From the NCBI GenBank assembly GCA_002104945.1, contig MCFH01000037.1, positions 310,001-374,000 on the forward strand: DNA of 64,000 nt, read 5' to 3'. Both the position numbers and the translations under genes were made by a program. Below are positions 1-14,735 of the stretch, in pieces; the stretch's first letter is position 1, and each line of letters opens with the position of its first letter. The stretch is from Piromyces finnis finn (Eukaryota > Fungi > Neocallimastigomycota). The notes under the pieces are model-generated. The model was not told the DNA's origin, ran no database searches, and was given only the letters and a program-made list of their open reading frames with translations.

Positions 1-887
1 AATAATAAAATATTATAAAAATAAATTTTTGATTTAGTTATAATCTTTTGAAATATAAATTTAATAGAAGTATATATATTTATAATAAGAATTTAAAAAA
101 TTTTAAATATATTTTAACATATTTATAATTTCTCAATTCATTTTTATGTTTTGATATATTAAATTATGTTTAATTCTTATTTATAAAAAATAGGAAAATT
201 ATTTATATGCTTAATATCATTCAGAATGAATATATTTTTGAACGGTATTAATATATATGTATATAGTTTTTTTTTTTTTTTTTAATTTAAAATTTAATAA
301 ATTAATAATTAATTGAATTAACTATTGAAATAATATTAATTTTATCTTGCTGTTCAATAGTTTCGTCTATTTTGCTTTAATTTATGAAGTCTTTCTATTA
401 TCAGACAAATATTGATGAAGCTTCATTTAAATAATTCTTATAAATTTTTACTTGCTGAAACTTTATTTGTTATTAATTTAAATGTTATAAAATATGGAAG
501 AATAATTTATTTTTGATTTTAATGTAAATTAGTATTTAATTAATTCTAAAAACTTTAATTATTGACAGCTTCCAAAAAATTTAAAACATTACAAAATGGC
601 AATTTTTGAGTTTGATTATTATTTGTAATATGATTGTTTGTTGAAGTAATTGTTTATAAATAAATTGAGAATCATTATTTCTTATGAAAATAAACCTAAA
701 TTTTTAAAAACTTATTATAATATATATTCTAATTTATTTTAAAACCCCTTTCTTGACTAACAAAATTAAAGAAAAAAAAATTGAAAGAAAAAATTTTAAA
801 TAAAAATTAAATTATATATATTTAAAAGTTATTGTATTAATCTAAAATTTTTTCTTTTCTATTTTTTTTTCTTTTTCATTTTCTTTT

Positions 888-1628
888 TTAGTTATTAGTT
901 ATTAGGGATTTCTTACAATTAATTTCTTTTTCATTTTGAGTTGTGTCTTGTATACCTTCTTGACGAGTAACGGAGGCAGATAGTGAAGCTGAACTACGTG
1001 GAGGAGGAATATGATTACCAAGATTTAAATGAGTTTCATCAGTAGCAACAGTTAAGTCTGGTTTCTTTTCTTCTATAATTTCTTGAGTATTTTGAGCAAT
1101 GATGTCTTCAGCAAGAATTGGTACTTTTATGCCTATATCTCTTGGAACATCTTTTATGGTAGTGTCATCTCTTTCTTCATCTTTATGATTATCTATCGAG
1201 TTAATATCAACGCTAACTTCAGTGTTAACAATAGATTCGTTATCAGCATTTATTATTGAGTCATTTTCACCAGAAGAATCGACTGTAATATTTGTTTCTT
1301 CATAAAGATAACTATCATTTGATAATTCTGAAGAAATTGAAATAGAACGTTGACGTCCATGAATATATTTAGTAAATAATGGTACAGAGAATTCTGGTGG
1401 TGGTGGTATTACAATATCATCATCTTCTTTATTTTCTTTATTATTTGATTCTTCTAATTTTTCAATTTCTTCTTTGGTTTCTTCTATTTCTTCTTTTACT
1501 TTTTCTATAGTAATAGCTTTATTTCCTTCATTTTCAGTTTGTTTTACTTCATTCTCTGTAGTTTCTACTATTGATTTTTCATTTTCATTATTGGAAACTG
1601 ATGAATTTTGTTCTTCAGCGGTCAACAT
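888..1628 (-). CDS. Hypothetical acidic low-complexity protein (246 aa as ORF; may be spliced at its 3' end)
   Basis: Long ORF with GC above the flanks; E/N/D/T-rich with PPPPEF and IPPPR motifs; a GTAAG donor-like site at 916-912 may replace the last few codons, but I could not resolve a downstream exon. Confidence 0.7.
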   Translation of the reverse strand: MLTAEEQNSSVSNNENEKSIVETTENEVKQTENEGNKAITIEKVKEEIEETKEEIEKLEESNNKENKEDDDIVIPPPPEFSVPLFTKYIHGRQRSISISSELSNDSYLYEETNITVDSSGENDSIINADNESIVNTEVSVDINSIDNHKDEERDDTTIKDVPRDIGIKVPILAEDIIAQNTQEIIEEKKPDLTVATDETHLNLGNHIPPPRSSASLSASVTRQEGIQDTTQNEKEINCKKSLITNN

Positions 1629-4603
1629 TTTTAATATTTACCTCTAATTTAATTATTATATATAGTAATAAAAATTAATTATAATAATAAAAATAAATAT
1701 TCATTTTTAGTAATATTATAAACTGAATTTATTAAATGTTTTTTTTTCAAAACAAAGATTCAATATGATAATTTTTTTTTCTTTGTATTTTTTAATTCTA
1801 TATATATATATTAAAACATTATGTTTTTAAAATTTATCGTGTAAAAATACAAATATTGACAATTGGTAAACTTTCAGTCGTTAATATATAATAATTTGAA
1901 ATTTTAATTATTTTATTCTTATCATTCTTTAACTTTTGTATTTTGGTGTATTTGAAATTTCTATCTTGCTTAACAATGTATTTATTATTTAATAAAATCT
2001 ATTTATTCATTTGTAATATATTTGTATTATTATCATAAATACATTTTTATATTTTATTTCTTTTATATTTTTTTATATCCTAGTTCGTTTTACACGAGTT
2101 TTATTTTTATTATCAATAAAAATAATATTTATAAAATATATTAAAATATGTAACATACTTTATTATTTTATATTATTAGGTATTCGATTAGATTTTATAA
2201 AGTTGTATATCTCTTATTGAGTATAAACAAATAAATTATTATTTGGTATTATATATTAATATTTATCATTAAAATTGAAATTAAAAAAATTTACAAGATA
2301 ACGAAATAATTTAAAAATATAAATATATTTCTTTTATATATATATTATTATTATGTTAAAAGAGTTTAATTTATAATTTAAATGAATTGAATAATTTTTT
2401 GGTTAACAATTTAAAGATTATTATATCATTTAAAATACTAAATGTGTTTAATAATTAAGTAATTTAAATCTTTTTAAATTAATATTTATATTATTAATTT
2501 TCCTTTTCTTTTTTATTTATATATATATATTTATACTTTTTTTTTGTTTTCTTCTTCTATAAGGAAAATTAATACTTTTTCTATATTTTTAACTATATAA
2601 TAATTTAACTAAAAGAAAAAAAAATAAACAAATATTTTTTTATCTTTCTAAAATAATAAAAATATTAAAAAAATTTTTTTTTTAATTTTTTAATATAATT
2701 TAAAAAGTTTTATTTTTATTTTTTTTTGGTAATAAATTTAAAAATTTAATAAAAAGGTTTTTTTTTCTATTTATAATTTATATATAATATATACTTAAAA
2801 AAAGAAAAAGAAAATTATATAATGTATAATTATTTATTATTTATTATTATTATTATTTATTAACAACATTGAATTCTTTGTCAATGAAATATCAATAATT
2901 ATTATTATTATTGTATAAATATATAGTAATTAATAAATTTGACAAAATTGAAAAAAAGATATAATGAATATTATATTAAAATGCAATATTTTGATTAATT
3001 AGATTATATAAATATAAAATGAAATTTATAGAGCCAATATAATCCAAAATTATCAGCTTTTTTAATTTCCTATGATTATAATTATATTAAATAAGCCATT
3101 AGGAACAAAATAAATAAATTAATAAGCAATTCACACTTTCTTTTCTTTTTAACTACCAATATTTCTAATATCTTTATTTAAAAATATTTAAATTCTTTCA
3201 AAATTTATTTTTTTTAGGCTACCGCCGGCAGGTTTGTTTTAGCTAAACTTCCTAATTTTGGTATGTCGAAATCTAAATACGTAAAAGTGGTACATTATAT
3301 TTAATAATGTATTAAGTTTTTTTTAGGATTATAACAATATTAAATAATTAATAAAATTAATTCTTTTTATTTAAATATATTGAGATTTAAAAAAACAATA
3401 GATAATAATTAATAATTATATATCAATCAAATTAACTTTATATAATAACCAATATATTAATAATATATAATATATTAATCCTCTATTAAAAATAATGTAT
3501 TGTATTTTCATTTAACATGATACGTTGTTTTAATATACCATTATAAAAATAAATAGTCCAACTATTTATAAACATATATTAAAAATATATTGATATTATA
3601 ATAATTATATAATTGTATATAATTTAATATAAATTCTATATATTATAATATATTAATCTATTAATATTTAATTTAATAAAAATGATAGAAATGATAGATT
3701 TTGGTTAAAAAAAAAATAATAATGATTTAATTTTTTAATATATAGTGTATTCCAATATATCTATTTTTTCTTGTAACATATATTATATATATTATTTTTA
3801 TATAAAATCTTTTTATGAAAGAATTTCCATAAAAAGAAAAATGTACTAATTTAAATTTTAATTTTAATTGTTAATCTATATATATTAAATAGAAATATTG
3901 AAATTTTATTCTATTATTGTATTGTATTACATAGTAAAAAATAATGTTACATTTTTACAAATATTAAAATACTTTTCGTGTAACTTGTTTTCTGTAAAAA
4001 TTATAATGATAAAAATATTTTTGATACATCAATTTTTGAATAATTTAAAAATGATATATAGACATAAATGTGCTTCATTAGATTCCACTAACCATATGAT
4101 TTAAAATAGTATTAAAAATAATGCGTATATACAGGATAAAATATCAATATAATTTTTATAATTTCAAATAAATATTATGTAATGGAATTCAATAATAAAA
4201 AAATATTTCTCTATTGTTCATAAAAATATTGTTTATTGTTACTTTAATGCCTAAATAATTTTATAATATCTCAAATTGTGTAACCTTTCATTGTTTTTTT
4301 TTTTCTTACTTTGTATCACCAAAATGATATTATTATTATTTTTTTATTTTTATTTTTTTAAAAAGAAAAATAACTTATTAAAAATAAATTAAAAAAAAAA
4401 AAAAGAAATCTTAGAAATCTTATAATAAAAATTTTTTTCCCTATTAAATATATTAGCTCATTAAAATTATATTTTAAAAACTCTTTAATTAAAAAAGAGT
4501 ATAATTTCTTTAGCGTTAAAATATAAATGGTCTTTTAACTTTTAAAAATAAAATAATATATATTAAACGGAAAATATAAAATAAATATCAAAGATAATAA
4601 ATA

Positions 4604-5376
4604 ATGGAGGATAACAATAATTTAACATTTCAACTTTCTCAATTTAATGCAGCAACCATTGGTGAAAGATTAATGTACTTTACAATTTTTTTTTTCAATA
4701 CTTTAATAGATTTTCTATTAAAAAAGTAGTTATTAATGATATAAACTAACTAATATCTTATTTAAAAAAAAATAGGAATAAGGATTGTAATTCCAAAGAT
4801 GATTGTTTAAATATAGGAGAATGTGACAAAAGTAGTCATAAATGTATTTTCAAAGATATATATTGTTCATTAAATAATTGTTTCCAGGATAATGGTTGTG
4901 ATATATCATACATTAATAATCCAGAACCTCAATATTTAAAATCTTGTGAAATGAACCCATATATAATATTTGAAACTTGCATCAAAGGAGAAAAAAAATG
5001 CAAAACAAGATATTGTTATTCCAATGAACAATGTTTGTCAAATTTATGCATTGAAAATAAATGTATATCAAATATAAATAATCCAATATATTATTGTTCA
5101 AATATTGAAAAAAAGATTTTTAAAGATGAAATGGTTGAATTTTCTTGTACATTGAATTATCGTGAACGTTGCAATGAAAATAATGTCTGCAATTCAAAAA
5201 ATTGTGGCATTCTAAAAAATAGTAGTAGTAATGAAACTGTCTGTTTAGAACCAAACACTACATATATAAATATATTAGCAGGATTAGTAACATATACTGT
5301 TGTTATTGTATCAATAGTTCTTATATACGGCTTTTATAAACGCAATTTTTATAAACGTAATAGACGAACCAAATAA
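4604..5376 (+). CDS. Cys-rich protein with C-terminal transmembrane helix, 2 exons (4604-4674, 4776-5376), 223 aa
   Basis: GT donor at 4675, ACTAAC branch-like motif, TAG acceptor ending 4775; the splice keeps frame into the 4951-5376 ORF; repeated Cys motifs (CYSNEQCLSNLCIENKC), hydrophobic ILAGLVTYTVVIVSIVLIYGFY then a basic tail. Confidence 0.75.
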
Positions 5377-6740
5377 AGTTTTTTTTTTTTAAAAAAAAAA
5401 AAAGAAAAAGAAAAAAGCATTTATTGTAAAAAAATTCATTCTGTAATTGGTAAATTTATTTATTTACTTTTTTTTTTTTTAGAAAATAATACCATATAAA
5501 TTACTATTATTTAATCATGACTAAATTTAATGAATATTTAACTACATAATATACAAAACTATAAAAAAGCGAAATCAATGTACTATCTGTAAACTTATTT
5601 ATATAATAATAAAAATAAAAATAAAAAATAGAGTAATTATACCTATAAACATCTTGAAAATAAAAATTAAATTTATTCTCCACGAAATATTTAAATATTA
5701 TAAAATCGTGTTTTTGAAATGAATCTATTTGCATTAAAAATAATTAGACAAATAATTTTTGCTTATCTAATACTAAATATTAATTTAGTATTAGATATTA
5801 ATTATTATTATAATAGTATTATTATTTTATATATAGATATATATTTTAAAAAAAGTACTTAATATAAATTATAATAATAACATTACTATTATATATATAT
5901 ATTTTTTTTTAAAAAAAAAAAAAGTATTTAAATATGGTATTGTTATTTTAAAATTTATTCAAAGGATATTATTATCAAATTATAAACTATTAATTATAAC
6001 CAAATTTTAGTACTTTTTTTTTTTATTATTATTTATACTTTATAATTTCATAACATCAATTTTTACTTTTCGGTATCTAAATAGTAAAAGCAATAATGGA
6101 AAGAATATATTTATAATGTATTCACTACTTTAATAATATTTATTTTATATTTTTTTAAAAAGCTCATAGTTTTTTTCTTTCCTTTCCCCCCCCCCCACAT
6201 TATTTTAAAAAACATTGATAATATTTCATAAAGCTTTCTTTATTAATAATATAATATATAATGACAAATTTTGAATAATAAAATTTCAAAAATAACTATT
6301 GCTTTAATGTTAACTTTACATTTTAATAGATATTTACATTTATTTTTTTTAATATGACTAAATATATAATAATTAAAAAAAAACTTTTAAAAGTATTAGA
6401 TATTTAAAATATTTTTTGAAACTAGAACACAAATATACCCAAATTAAATTTTATAAACCTAAAAAAAATGAATAAACTAATTTATAATATCAACTAATAT
6501 TCAAGGGTATTAGTTGACTTACCCTAGAATAATATCAATAGTAAAAAAAAATAGTATGCATTAATTTTAGTAGCAGCACAATTTTTAAATTGAAAAAACA
6601 TCTGCTCCTCATTATATCACAATTACTAAAAATCTTGGTTGCATTTGTTGGTTGTATATTTAATTTCCAAGTCAGTTGTTTATTAAAACATAATTTATAT
6701 TCAATTTATATATATTAATTATTATGTTTTATATATATTA

Positions 6741-6780
6741 ATATTTCCACTATTAATATTAATTCCAATAGTGGAAATAT
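6741..6780. repeat. Perfect 14-bp inverted repeat (ATATTTCCACTATT / AATAGTGGAAATAT) with 12-nt spacer
   Basis: Read directly from the sequence. Confidence 0.8.
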
Positions 6781-7969
6781 ATATTAATATATTCAAATAT
6801 ATTATATTAAATAAAATTTAATTTATTTATTAGCAAATTGTAACACCATTAAAATAAAGTTTTAATATATATTTATTTTGTGTACGAACTTAAATAATAA
6901 TAAATTATATAATAAATTTTATTATAAAACTATATATTATAGAAAATTGGTTCCTATATAAGAAAATAAAATTATTGCTGCGGTTTTTTTATATAGTAAA
7001 AATTTGAGGTATATAATAGAATTAATTCTAGTCATTAACTAATATTATTTATAAATATTTTTATACTATAGTGATATAGTATAGTTGGTTAATTCTATTT
7101 CTTTTGTTTTTTATAATAAGTTATTCATTATATTGATAAAACTTTTATAATTCTCAAAACTATAGTTTTATTTTTTTTTATTATATTAATTTAAAAATTA
7201 TATATACTAAATATAAATAATAATATATAATAATAATTAAAATTTTCGTTTAAAAAAAAGTAAATTAAAATTTTTAATTAAAAAAAAATAATGATTAAAA
7301 TCATTCTTGCTTGCAATATATATAATATATGCTATCTGTACATTATAATATACGGTCAATTTAATAATTTTATATAATAGTAAGAGATTTATTACTTTTA
7401 ATTTCTCTCAATAAAATAAATTATAATTTTATATTTTACATACTTTTTAATTATTATTTGATATAAAATGTAATGTATTACTGATGTATTGGAAAAGAAT
7501 ACATAAAAAAAAATATATAAATATTAAAAAATAATTTTTTATTTGTAATATTTTTTTAAAAAGTATCTATAAATTAGAAACTAATTTAATAGGGAAATAT
7601 ATATAATGTATGTACTACTAAGTTTTTAAGATAAATACTAAAAGCAATAAAATTAAAAAAAAAAAAAAAGGATTTTAAACAATAATATTTATTAAAAAAA
7701 TAATGTAAAAAATGAAATAAAAAAAAAAAAAGTAAAGGTTATTTAAAGAGATTAAAATTAAAAAATTAATAATTATTTACTTTAAATAAAAAAAAAAAAA
7801 GGAAAAAATATATCAATTCAAATTTTATCAAATTTATGAAAGAATGAAACATAATATCGAATTATTTTATTTTTTTTATTCGCAATAATGAAATAATAAT
7901 ATAATATTAATAAAATTTATAATTATATATATTCATTTAAAACAGTAGTTAAACAAAATATAGATAGAA

Positions 7970-8638
7970 ATGGGTATAAAATCAAAAATAAAGGGTTCAT
8001 ATGCTTACACTCAATGGAAATTAGGAAAATATACTAAAAGAAGAGTAAAGACTTCCGTTTCACCCGAATGGGCAATCGAACGCCAAGAATATGAAAGAGA
8101 ACGTGCTAATAGTTATTCAGAGGATTTTTATAATAATAGAGATTTTGAAAATTATAGAGCTCCTGTTGTTAGAAATAATGTAGTTAATTATCCAGATTTT
8201 AATAATGGAATGAGTAAGTATTATAACATTTTAGGAAGAGATAATAATAAAATTGTTTTTTTTTTCATAGAATTATAAAATTTAATTAAATAATATTATA
8301 AATATATTATAGATGAAACAAGAAGTATTCCAAGACCTGTTAGTACAACAATTGCAAATCCAAGTAATTTAAGAAGAGATATGAATGGTAATCCAATTCG
8401 TTACTCCGCAATTGAACCTGACAAATACAGTCGTATCACTTTACAAAAAAGTGATTTTGATGATGTTTTAGTTCCATCTAGAAATTACACTTTGGTTCAG
8501 AAGTCAAATTCGTCATCAGTAGCATATTATAGTCAAAATAATACACCAAATCGTAATAGTGAGATTTTAGTACCAAGAAACTACGGTTATACTACCAACG
8601 CCTACCCATCAAGAAATTATGAAAGAAGAAATATTTAA
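7970..8638 (+). CDS. Hypothetical protein, 2 exons (7970-8213, 8313-8638), 189 aa
   Basis: GTAAGT donor at 8214 and TAG acceptor ending 8312 join the two listed ORFs in frame (..GM-N-ETRSIPRP..RRDMNGNP). Confidence 0.8.
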
Positions 8639-10583
8639 ATCAACGGATTAATCATAATATATAAAAACAGTAATTAAAAAATGAAAAAATAATCATTTAT
8701 ATATCAAGTGTTGCGTTTATACATATAATACAGGAAACGAACACTTTAATTCATTCATTATACTATTATTAATAATCAATTTTTCTACAATAATCATTTA
8801 TAAAATTTAATCATAACACAGCCTTTTTTAATATAGCTTAAAAAATGTATATATATATATATAATTCCAATTTTTTAAAACTGTTTATAAAAAGTAAAAA
8901 ATAGAATGATATCATTATTAATTTTATAATAATAGTATTTATAGTAATTCAAAACGAAAAAAAAAAATACACACATACACACACACTCATAGAAAAAGGA
9001 AATTTAGTTAAAAGGATATATATTTTTATAGAGATAATAAATAATTAACTATTTATTTTTTATATATAATCATAAGTTAATTATTTATTAATTTAAGTGA
9101 TATTCTTTTTATCAAATTTCTTAATTGGTATTTTCGTTTCTACACTATAGTATTTTATTATAATAATTAATTATATCATTTTTATAGACAAACCCCCTTT
9201 ACAATTCATAAAAAATAATCAAAAAAATGAATTTTAATTTTAAAATCAATAATTATTGATAAAATAATTGGGGTGATTATATTTTTATCCAAATGTGTAT
9301 AAAAATTATTATACAAAGGTATATTAAACTAAAAAAAAAAAAAAAAAAAATACATAAATAGATCTATATATCTATAAATTTAATAATTGGGGAAAAAAAA
9401 TAAATAAATAAAATATCAAAAGCTTAGACTAGTTAATGTTATCATTAACTATTAGTTTAAAATAAAAGGAAATTTAATTTTAATAAAATCTTTTTATTTT
9501 AAATTTTTTTTTTTTTCCAAATTAATTATATAAAAAATGAAATTTTTTAAAAGAAATATCAAAACTATTTTTAAAATTTATCTTTTAAAATAATATAAAA
9601 TTATAAAGAGAAAAAAAAAAATAAAGAAAATTAATATAAATTAAATATTAAAAAATAAAATATTATAACAGTAATAATAATAATAATAATAATAAAATGA
9701 AATCATAATAATAACAATAAAAAAAAAATATATAAAAATAAAAAAATTAAAAAAAATAAAAGTTTTAAAGGAGTTATACCTTTTTTTTTTTTTTTTTTAT
9801 TTTATTGATCTTATATTTATAAAAGGTATTTTTCTTTTTTCTTTATTTGTAAAGTATTAATGAATATCTATAAAAAATTCATATAGTTTATAAAAAGGTA
9901 TATTTGATGCCTTTAAAAAAAAAATTAAATAAAGGTCTTTAAAAAACCTTTTCTGAATTTTTTTTTTTTTTTAATTTCAATGAAAATGGAGACAAAAATA
10001 ATGATTTTAAATTTTAATGGAACAGACGATGCTTCATCCCTTTTTTACTTTTGTAGATAAACTTTAAGGAGAAAAAATATTAATTTTTTTTTTTTTTATG
10101 TATTTTTAAAAAGATGTATATTTTTATTTTATTTTATTGAAATTATAAAATAAATATTAGATGATAGATTTAAAAATAATAATAATAAAAATAAAAACTC
10201 ATGGGATCTTATTAGGATAAAAACAAAATATGTATATAACTATATTTTTAACGATATGTATTATAAAAAAAAAAAAAAAAACTTTTTAAATATTGTAATT
10301 ATATTGTTTTTCAAATTAAATAAAAAAAAAATAAAAAAATCTATATCTACTTTTTTTTTTTTTTAAATTATGCTAAATATATTATAATTTTATAATTCTA
10401 TGGGGAAAAAAAAAAAAAAAAAATTTTTTTTTATTATTATTACATCCTAAAATACTATATATATTAATGGAAATAGAGGAATTAAAAACAAAGTGAAAAA
10501 TATATAAATTTATTTATATAACTCTTTTTATATGACGCTTATTTTTCTAATACTAAAAAAAAAAAAATTGATGGTGGGTGCTT

Positions 10584-13500
10584 TTATCCTAATAATTCTG
10601 CAGCAGAGGTAGTTATTGCTTCTAATTCTGGCATTGGTTCTGGTTCTGGAATTATGGATGAAGTGGCTACATTTGAACCAGCATCAACTTCAACAGCTTC
10701 AGCAACAGCTTCTTCTTCAGATGGAATAGTTTCTTCTATGGCAGAATTAATATCATCCTTTATAGAAGATGGTTCTTGTGCATTGGTTTCATCTTCCCTT
10801 TCATCCTTCATAATTTCTGATTCTTCCATCATACCTTCTTCTTCATAATCATTATCTGTTGTAATACTATCAATATCATGTTCATCATCATTTAAACTAG
10901 CAAAAATATTAGAGGTAGGGATGGAACGATCTGCTTCCTCCTTTTTCACTGAATGTGCTCCAGAGGTAAATCCCTTACCAGTTTGCTTTCTCCATCCATT
11001 GTTTTCTAAACCTGGTGGTTTATTACCTTTATTAAAGTTAAATTTGTTATTGAAGGAACCAGAACGGCTGGATTGGAAACTACCTGTCTTTTCACCATTT
11101 ACACCATGCTTATTATAGTGATGGAAACTACCACTGTGTGGGAAACCCTTTCTTTCCTTTGGATTATATTTGGTTTGACCTTCTTCACTACCATTGTTTC
11201 TCATCTTTGGTGGACGATAAACATTACCACTGTCACTATTGTTACGGCTATTATGATAGTGATGATGATGAATGAGATCATCAATCTTACTCTTTAAGTT
11301 TTCAATAGTACGTTCCTTTTCTTGATTAATTACCTTTTGAATTTTAAGTTCATCTTCAAGTGTGGAACAGTGATGATTCTTTTCAATAAGTTGAAGTTTT
11401 AAATGGTTAGCTTCTACAGCTAATGTGGTGAATTGTTGCATTTGTTGAACGACCTTATTAAGAGTAAGCTTTAATTGTTGATTTTCATTTTGTAAATGGT
11501 TTACTAATACCATTAATTGATCATTGGATTGTGGTAGATTGTTGATATCAACACCAGTTGGAGTTAATGGTGGTAATGGAATATTGGCTAAAATGGAATC
11601 CATAGCTAAAGCTGGTGGCATTTGGTATCCATTTAAGATAGAAGCAGCTGAATTTGGTGAATTGGTTGGAATATCAAAACCTGGTGGAGTTGCGGCGGAA
11701 AGAAGATTAGCAGTACTTGAATTGCCATTATTAATACTAGATGGGAATGGAGCAAAGGAGGATGTGGAAACAGTATTTAATAATTTTTCATTGTGTGGCT
11801 TGAAAAGATTGAATTCTTGAGTAATTTCAACACCATTGATAAAAACTTCTTCATTAACTAATTCTTGATTAGGTTCAGACATGATTTCAGTACTTTCCTT
11901 TTCAACGACTTCTTTAACATCTTCAGATGCAATTTCTTTAACTTCTTCCTTTGATTCTATTTGTGCTTCCTTTTCAGTATCATTTTCTTTTGGAATTTCT
12001 TCAGTAACATTTTCTTTAGTTGCTTCTTGAATATCCTCAATTTCTTGCTTTGGTTCTGGTTTTGGTTCTGGTTTTGGTTCTGGTTTTGGTTCTGGTTTTG
12101 ATTCTGGTTTTGATTCTGGTTTTGGTTCTGGTTTTGGTTCTGGTTTTGATTCTGGTTTTGGTTCTGGTTTTGATTCTGGTTTTGATTCTGGTTTTGGTTC
12201 TGGTTTTGGTTCTGGTTTTGACTCAGACTTTGGTTGTGATTGTGGTGATGAAACAACCTTTGGTTTTTTTTCTGACTTTGGTTTTGCCTTTTGATTTTCT
12301 TCAAAAGCAGATTTAATAATCTTTTTAATTTTTAATTTATTTTCTTCTGGTTTTTTTAATGGGGAAGTTGATTCATTTGGTGGTGTTATTGGCTTTTTAA
12401 CCTTCTTCTCAACTGGTTTATTAACAATATCTGTGAAAAGCATTTTCTTTTCAACATTTTCAGTTTCTTTCTTTAAAATTTTTTCGGAAGCTTTAATGGA
12501 ATTCTTTATTAAGTTTTCAGTAATAACAGCTTTAGATGGTAATGGAGAAGTCTTTTTTGGTTTTACTTCTTGTTTTGCTTCTTCTTTAACTGGTTCAGGT
12601 TTAATTTCAACAACTTGTTTCTCTACCTTTTCTTCAACCTTTGGTTCCTTTGGTTCTTCAACTGGTGTAGTTGCAACTGCAGCGGCGGCAGCCTTCTTCT
12701 TCTTCTTATTGGCCTTTTTTTTATTCTTTTTTGATGATGAAACCGATATACCTAATTTTTGGAAGGTTAAAGAAGTTTCGGACATACGGCAGGATTCTTC
12801 AATAAACATACTATCCAACTTTATACCCATATGAATAAAACCAGCCATAATTTCATTTTGACTTCTAGTTACAATGTCTTTTCTCTTTTGAACTAAATCA
12901 TTATACTTTTGATTTCCTTTAATAGAAGTATATCTAGATTGAATAAATTGCTTTTTCTTAAGTTCACCTTCTTGTAATAAACATAATAAAACATCGACAA
13001 TAGAATCTTCCATGGTGCTAATAGAAAAGACACCATTTAATAAATCTTTAGAACGATTAGAATTGGATTGATTTTCTGTAGATTTAATTTGCTTCATAAA
13101 ATCTTTCTTATTAACAGTTTCTAAACGACCAGTAAGATTAATTGATTTTTTATATTCAGCAATAAGTTCATCATATTGACCCTTCAATTTGGCTCTTGCT
13201 TCATCATTATCCTTAAGGAATTTGTCAACAGATTCTTGCCAATTATCTTCGATCTTTGAACATTTATCCAATTGGGTTTGACAACATTCTAATATTTCTT
13301 GATATTCATTTTTAATTTCATTATTTTCCATAGACTTAGTAAGACGTTCTTTTTGAATAGTTAATGAAGTAACAATCTTTTCCTGGATTTCCTTAATTAT
13401 ACTTTTTTGTTCTTCTAAAATTTTTAAAAGAACATCTTCCTTCCATTTTTGATTGTATTCATCTTCATTTTTGAAGAAATCATCAAATGTTTTATCCATG

Positions 13501-14735
13501 TATTCTAAAATTTCTTCATCTGTTTTACCTTTCATAAAATTATCGGCATTCTTCTTCTTTTTACCTTTTTTAATATGGGAAGCAACATTATTATTCCAAT
13601 AATCAGCAAATTTTGGAATAAGTTCACTGTGTGAATCTTTAAATATATTAACAGTTTTTCTCTTTAATATTTCAAAATCAATAGCCTTCTTCTTAATATT
13701 TTCCCAATAAGATAACATATCATTTGAAAAGGACCAAATCTTTTCTCCTTCATTTCTATAATAAAAATGTTAATAGTTAAGTGGTCATAATAAATAAAAT
13801 ATAATATAAAATATAATGAAAATATTAATTATTAGAAAAAAAAAAAAGGTAATATAAAAGTCTATTATATTATATAATATAATTTTATATGTAATATGAA
13901 ACTAAATTTCAATTTATCTCCATCCTTAATTAATTATTGATTTTTTTTAACAAAACTCTTTTAATTTATTTATATACATTATAGTTTATATTTACTTTAT
14001 TGCTTTATCAAATGTATCCTTAATTTTTTCAATAAGAGAATTAAGGGAATTAATTTCTTGGATAATTGAAAATACAGAATTTTTGTTGTATGTTCCAGAT
14101 AAACTTTTTAATTCTTCAATACCTTCAGAAATTAGAGAAGGTTTTAATAAATTAAAGTTTTCATTATTAATTTTAAGACTGGCTTTTTCATTTTCAATTT
14201 TTTCTAATAATTGTAATAAACTGCCAATTACAGGTTTTTCAGAAGAAAGAAGGAAATCTTTATAAATTTGATCAATTTCTACAATATCAAGATCTTCAAA
14301 AGTTGGTTTTAATAATGATTGCTTCATAAAATCATTAACATATTTATTAACATCAGCAATAGGTTTAGATAAATCTATTTCACTAAGACTAACACTAACA
14401 TTTTCAATTTCTTTAAAAGATAATAATTGTTTTAAATTATTCTCTAATTGTTTGTTATCTAATTTTGATTTTGTAACAATACTATTTTCGCTATCATTAG
14501 TCTTATTAAGGTATTGACGACTTTGAAAAGTGAAATATTTTTGATAAGCATAAGTTGTCCAATCTTTTAAATTATCTCCTTTAATTTCATTGACAAGTTG
14601 ACCATTAATTCCTTTAGTAACATCTGTCTTTTCAAGTTGAATTTTTGGAAATTGTTCTAAACTCTTTAAATAAGTTTCAGATTCTTCTTCAAAATTCTTT
14701 GAAAATTCCTTTTTAATTCCAAGCATAGTTGACAT
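10584..14735 (-). CDS. Large coiled-coil/low-complexity hypothetical protein, 2 exons (14735-13996, 13755-10584), about 1300 aa, with poly-Lys and PEPK/PESK repeats
   Basis: Phase-2 GTAAAT donor at 13995 matches a phase-2 TAG acceptor at 13756, joining the 247-aa and 1044-aa ORFs in frame; an extra 5' exon is not excluded. Confidence 0.8.
12049..12222 (-). repeat. 12-bp coding minisatellite encoding 14 PE(P/S)K units
   Basis: (TTTTG(G/A)TTCTGG)n on the + strand inside the large CDS. Confidence 0.95.

Noticed and set aside
3020-3290. GC-richer patch with exon-like AG..GT boundaries (ATAGRFVLAKLPNF)
   Set aside because: Could not be joined to any start or other exon, and no recognisable family
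3898-4104. Short listed ORFs in AT-rich spacers (also 5507-5734, 22996-23265, 53980-54189, 54314-54499, 56574-56789)
   Set aside because: Composition matches intergenic or repeat DNA or the antisense of real exons; no motifs
10654-12834. Many short ORFs antisense to or overlapping the large gene (poly-LV, poly-NQ, S-rich); similar shadows over CHS, GH3, LINE, CE4, cysK and cotH
   Set aside because: Alternative-frame shadows of real coding or repeat sequence with no independent motifs
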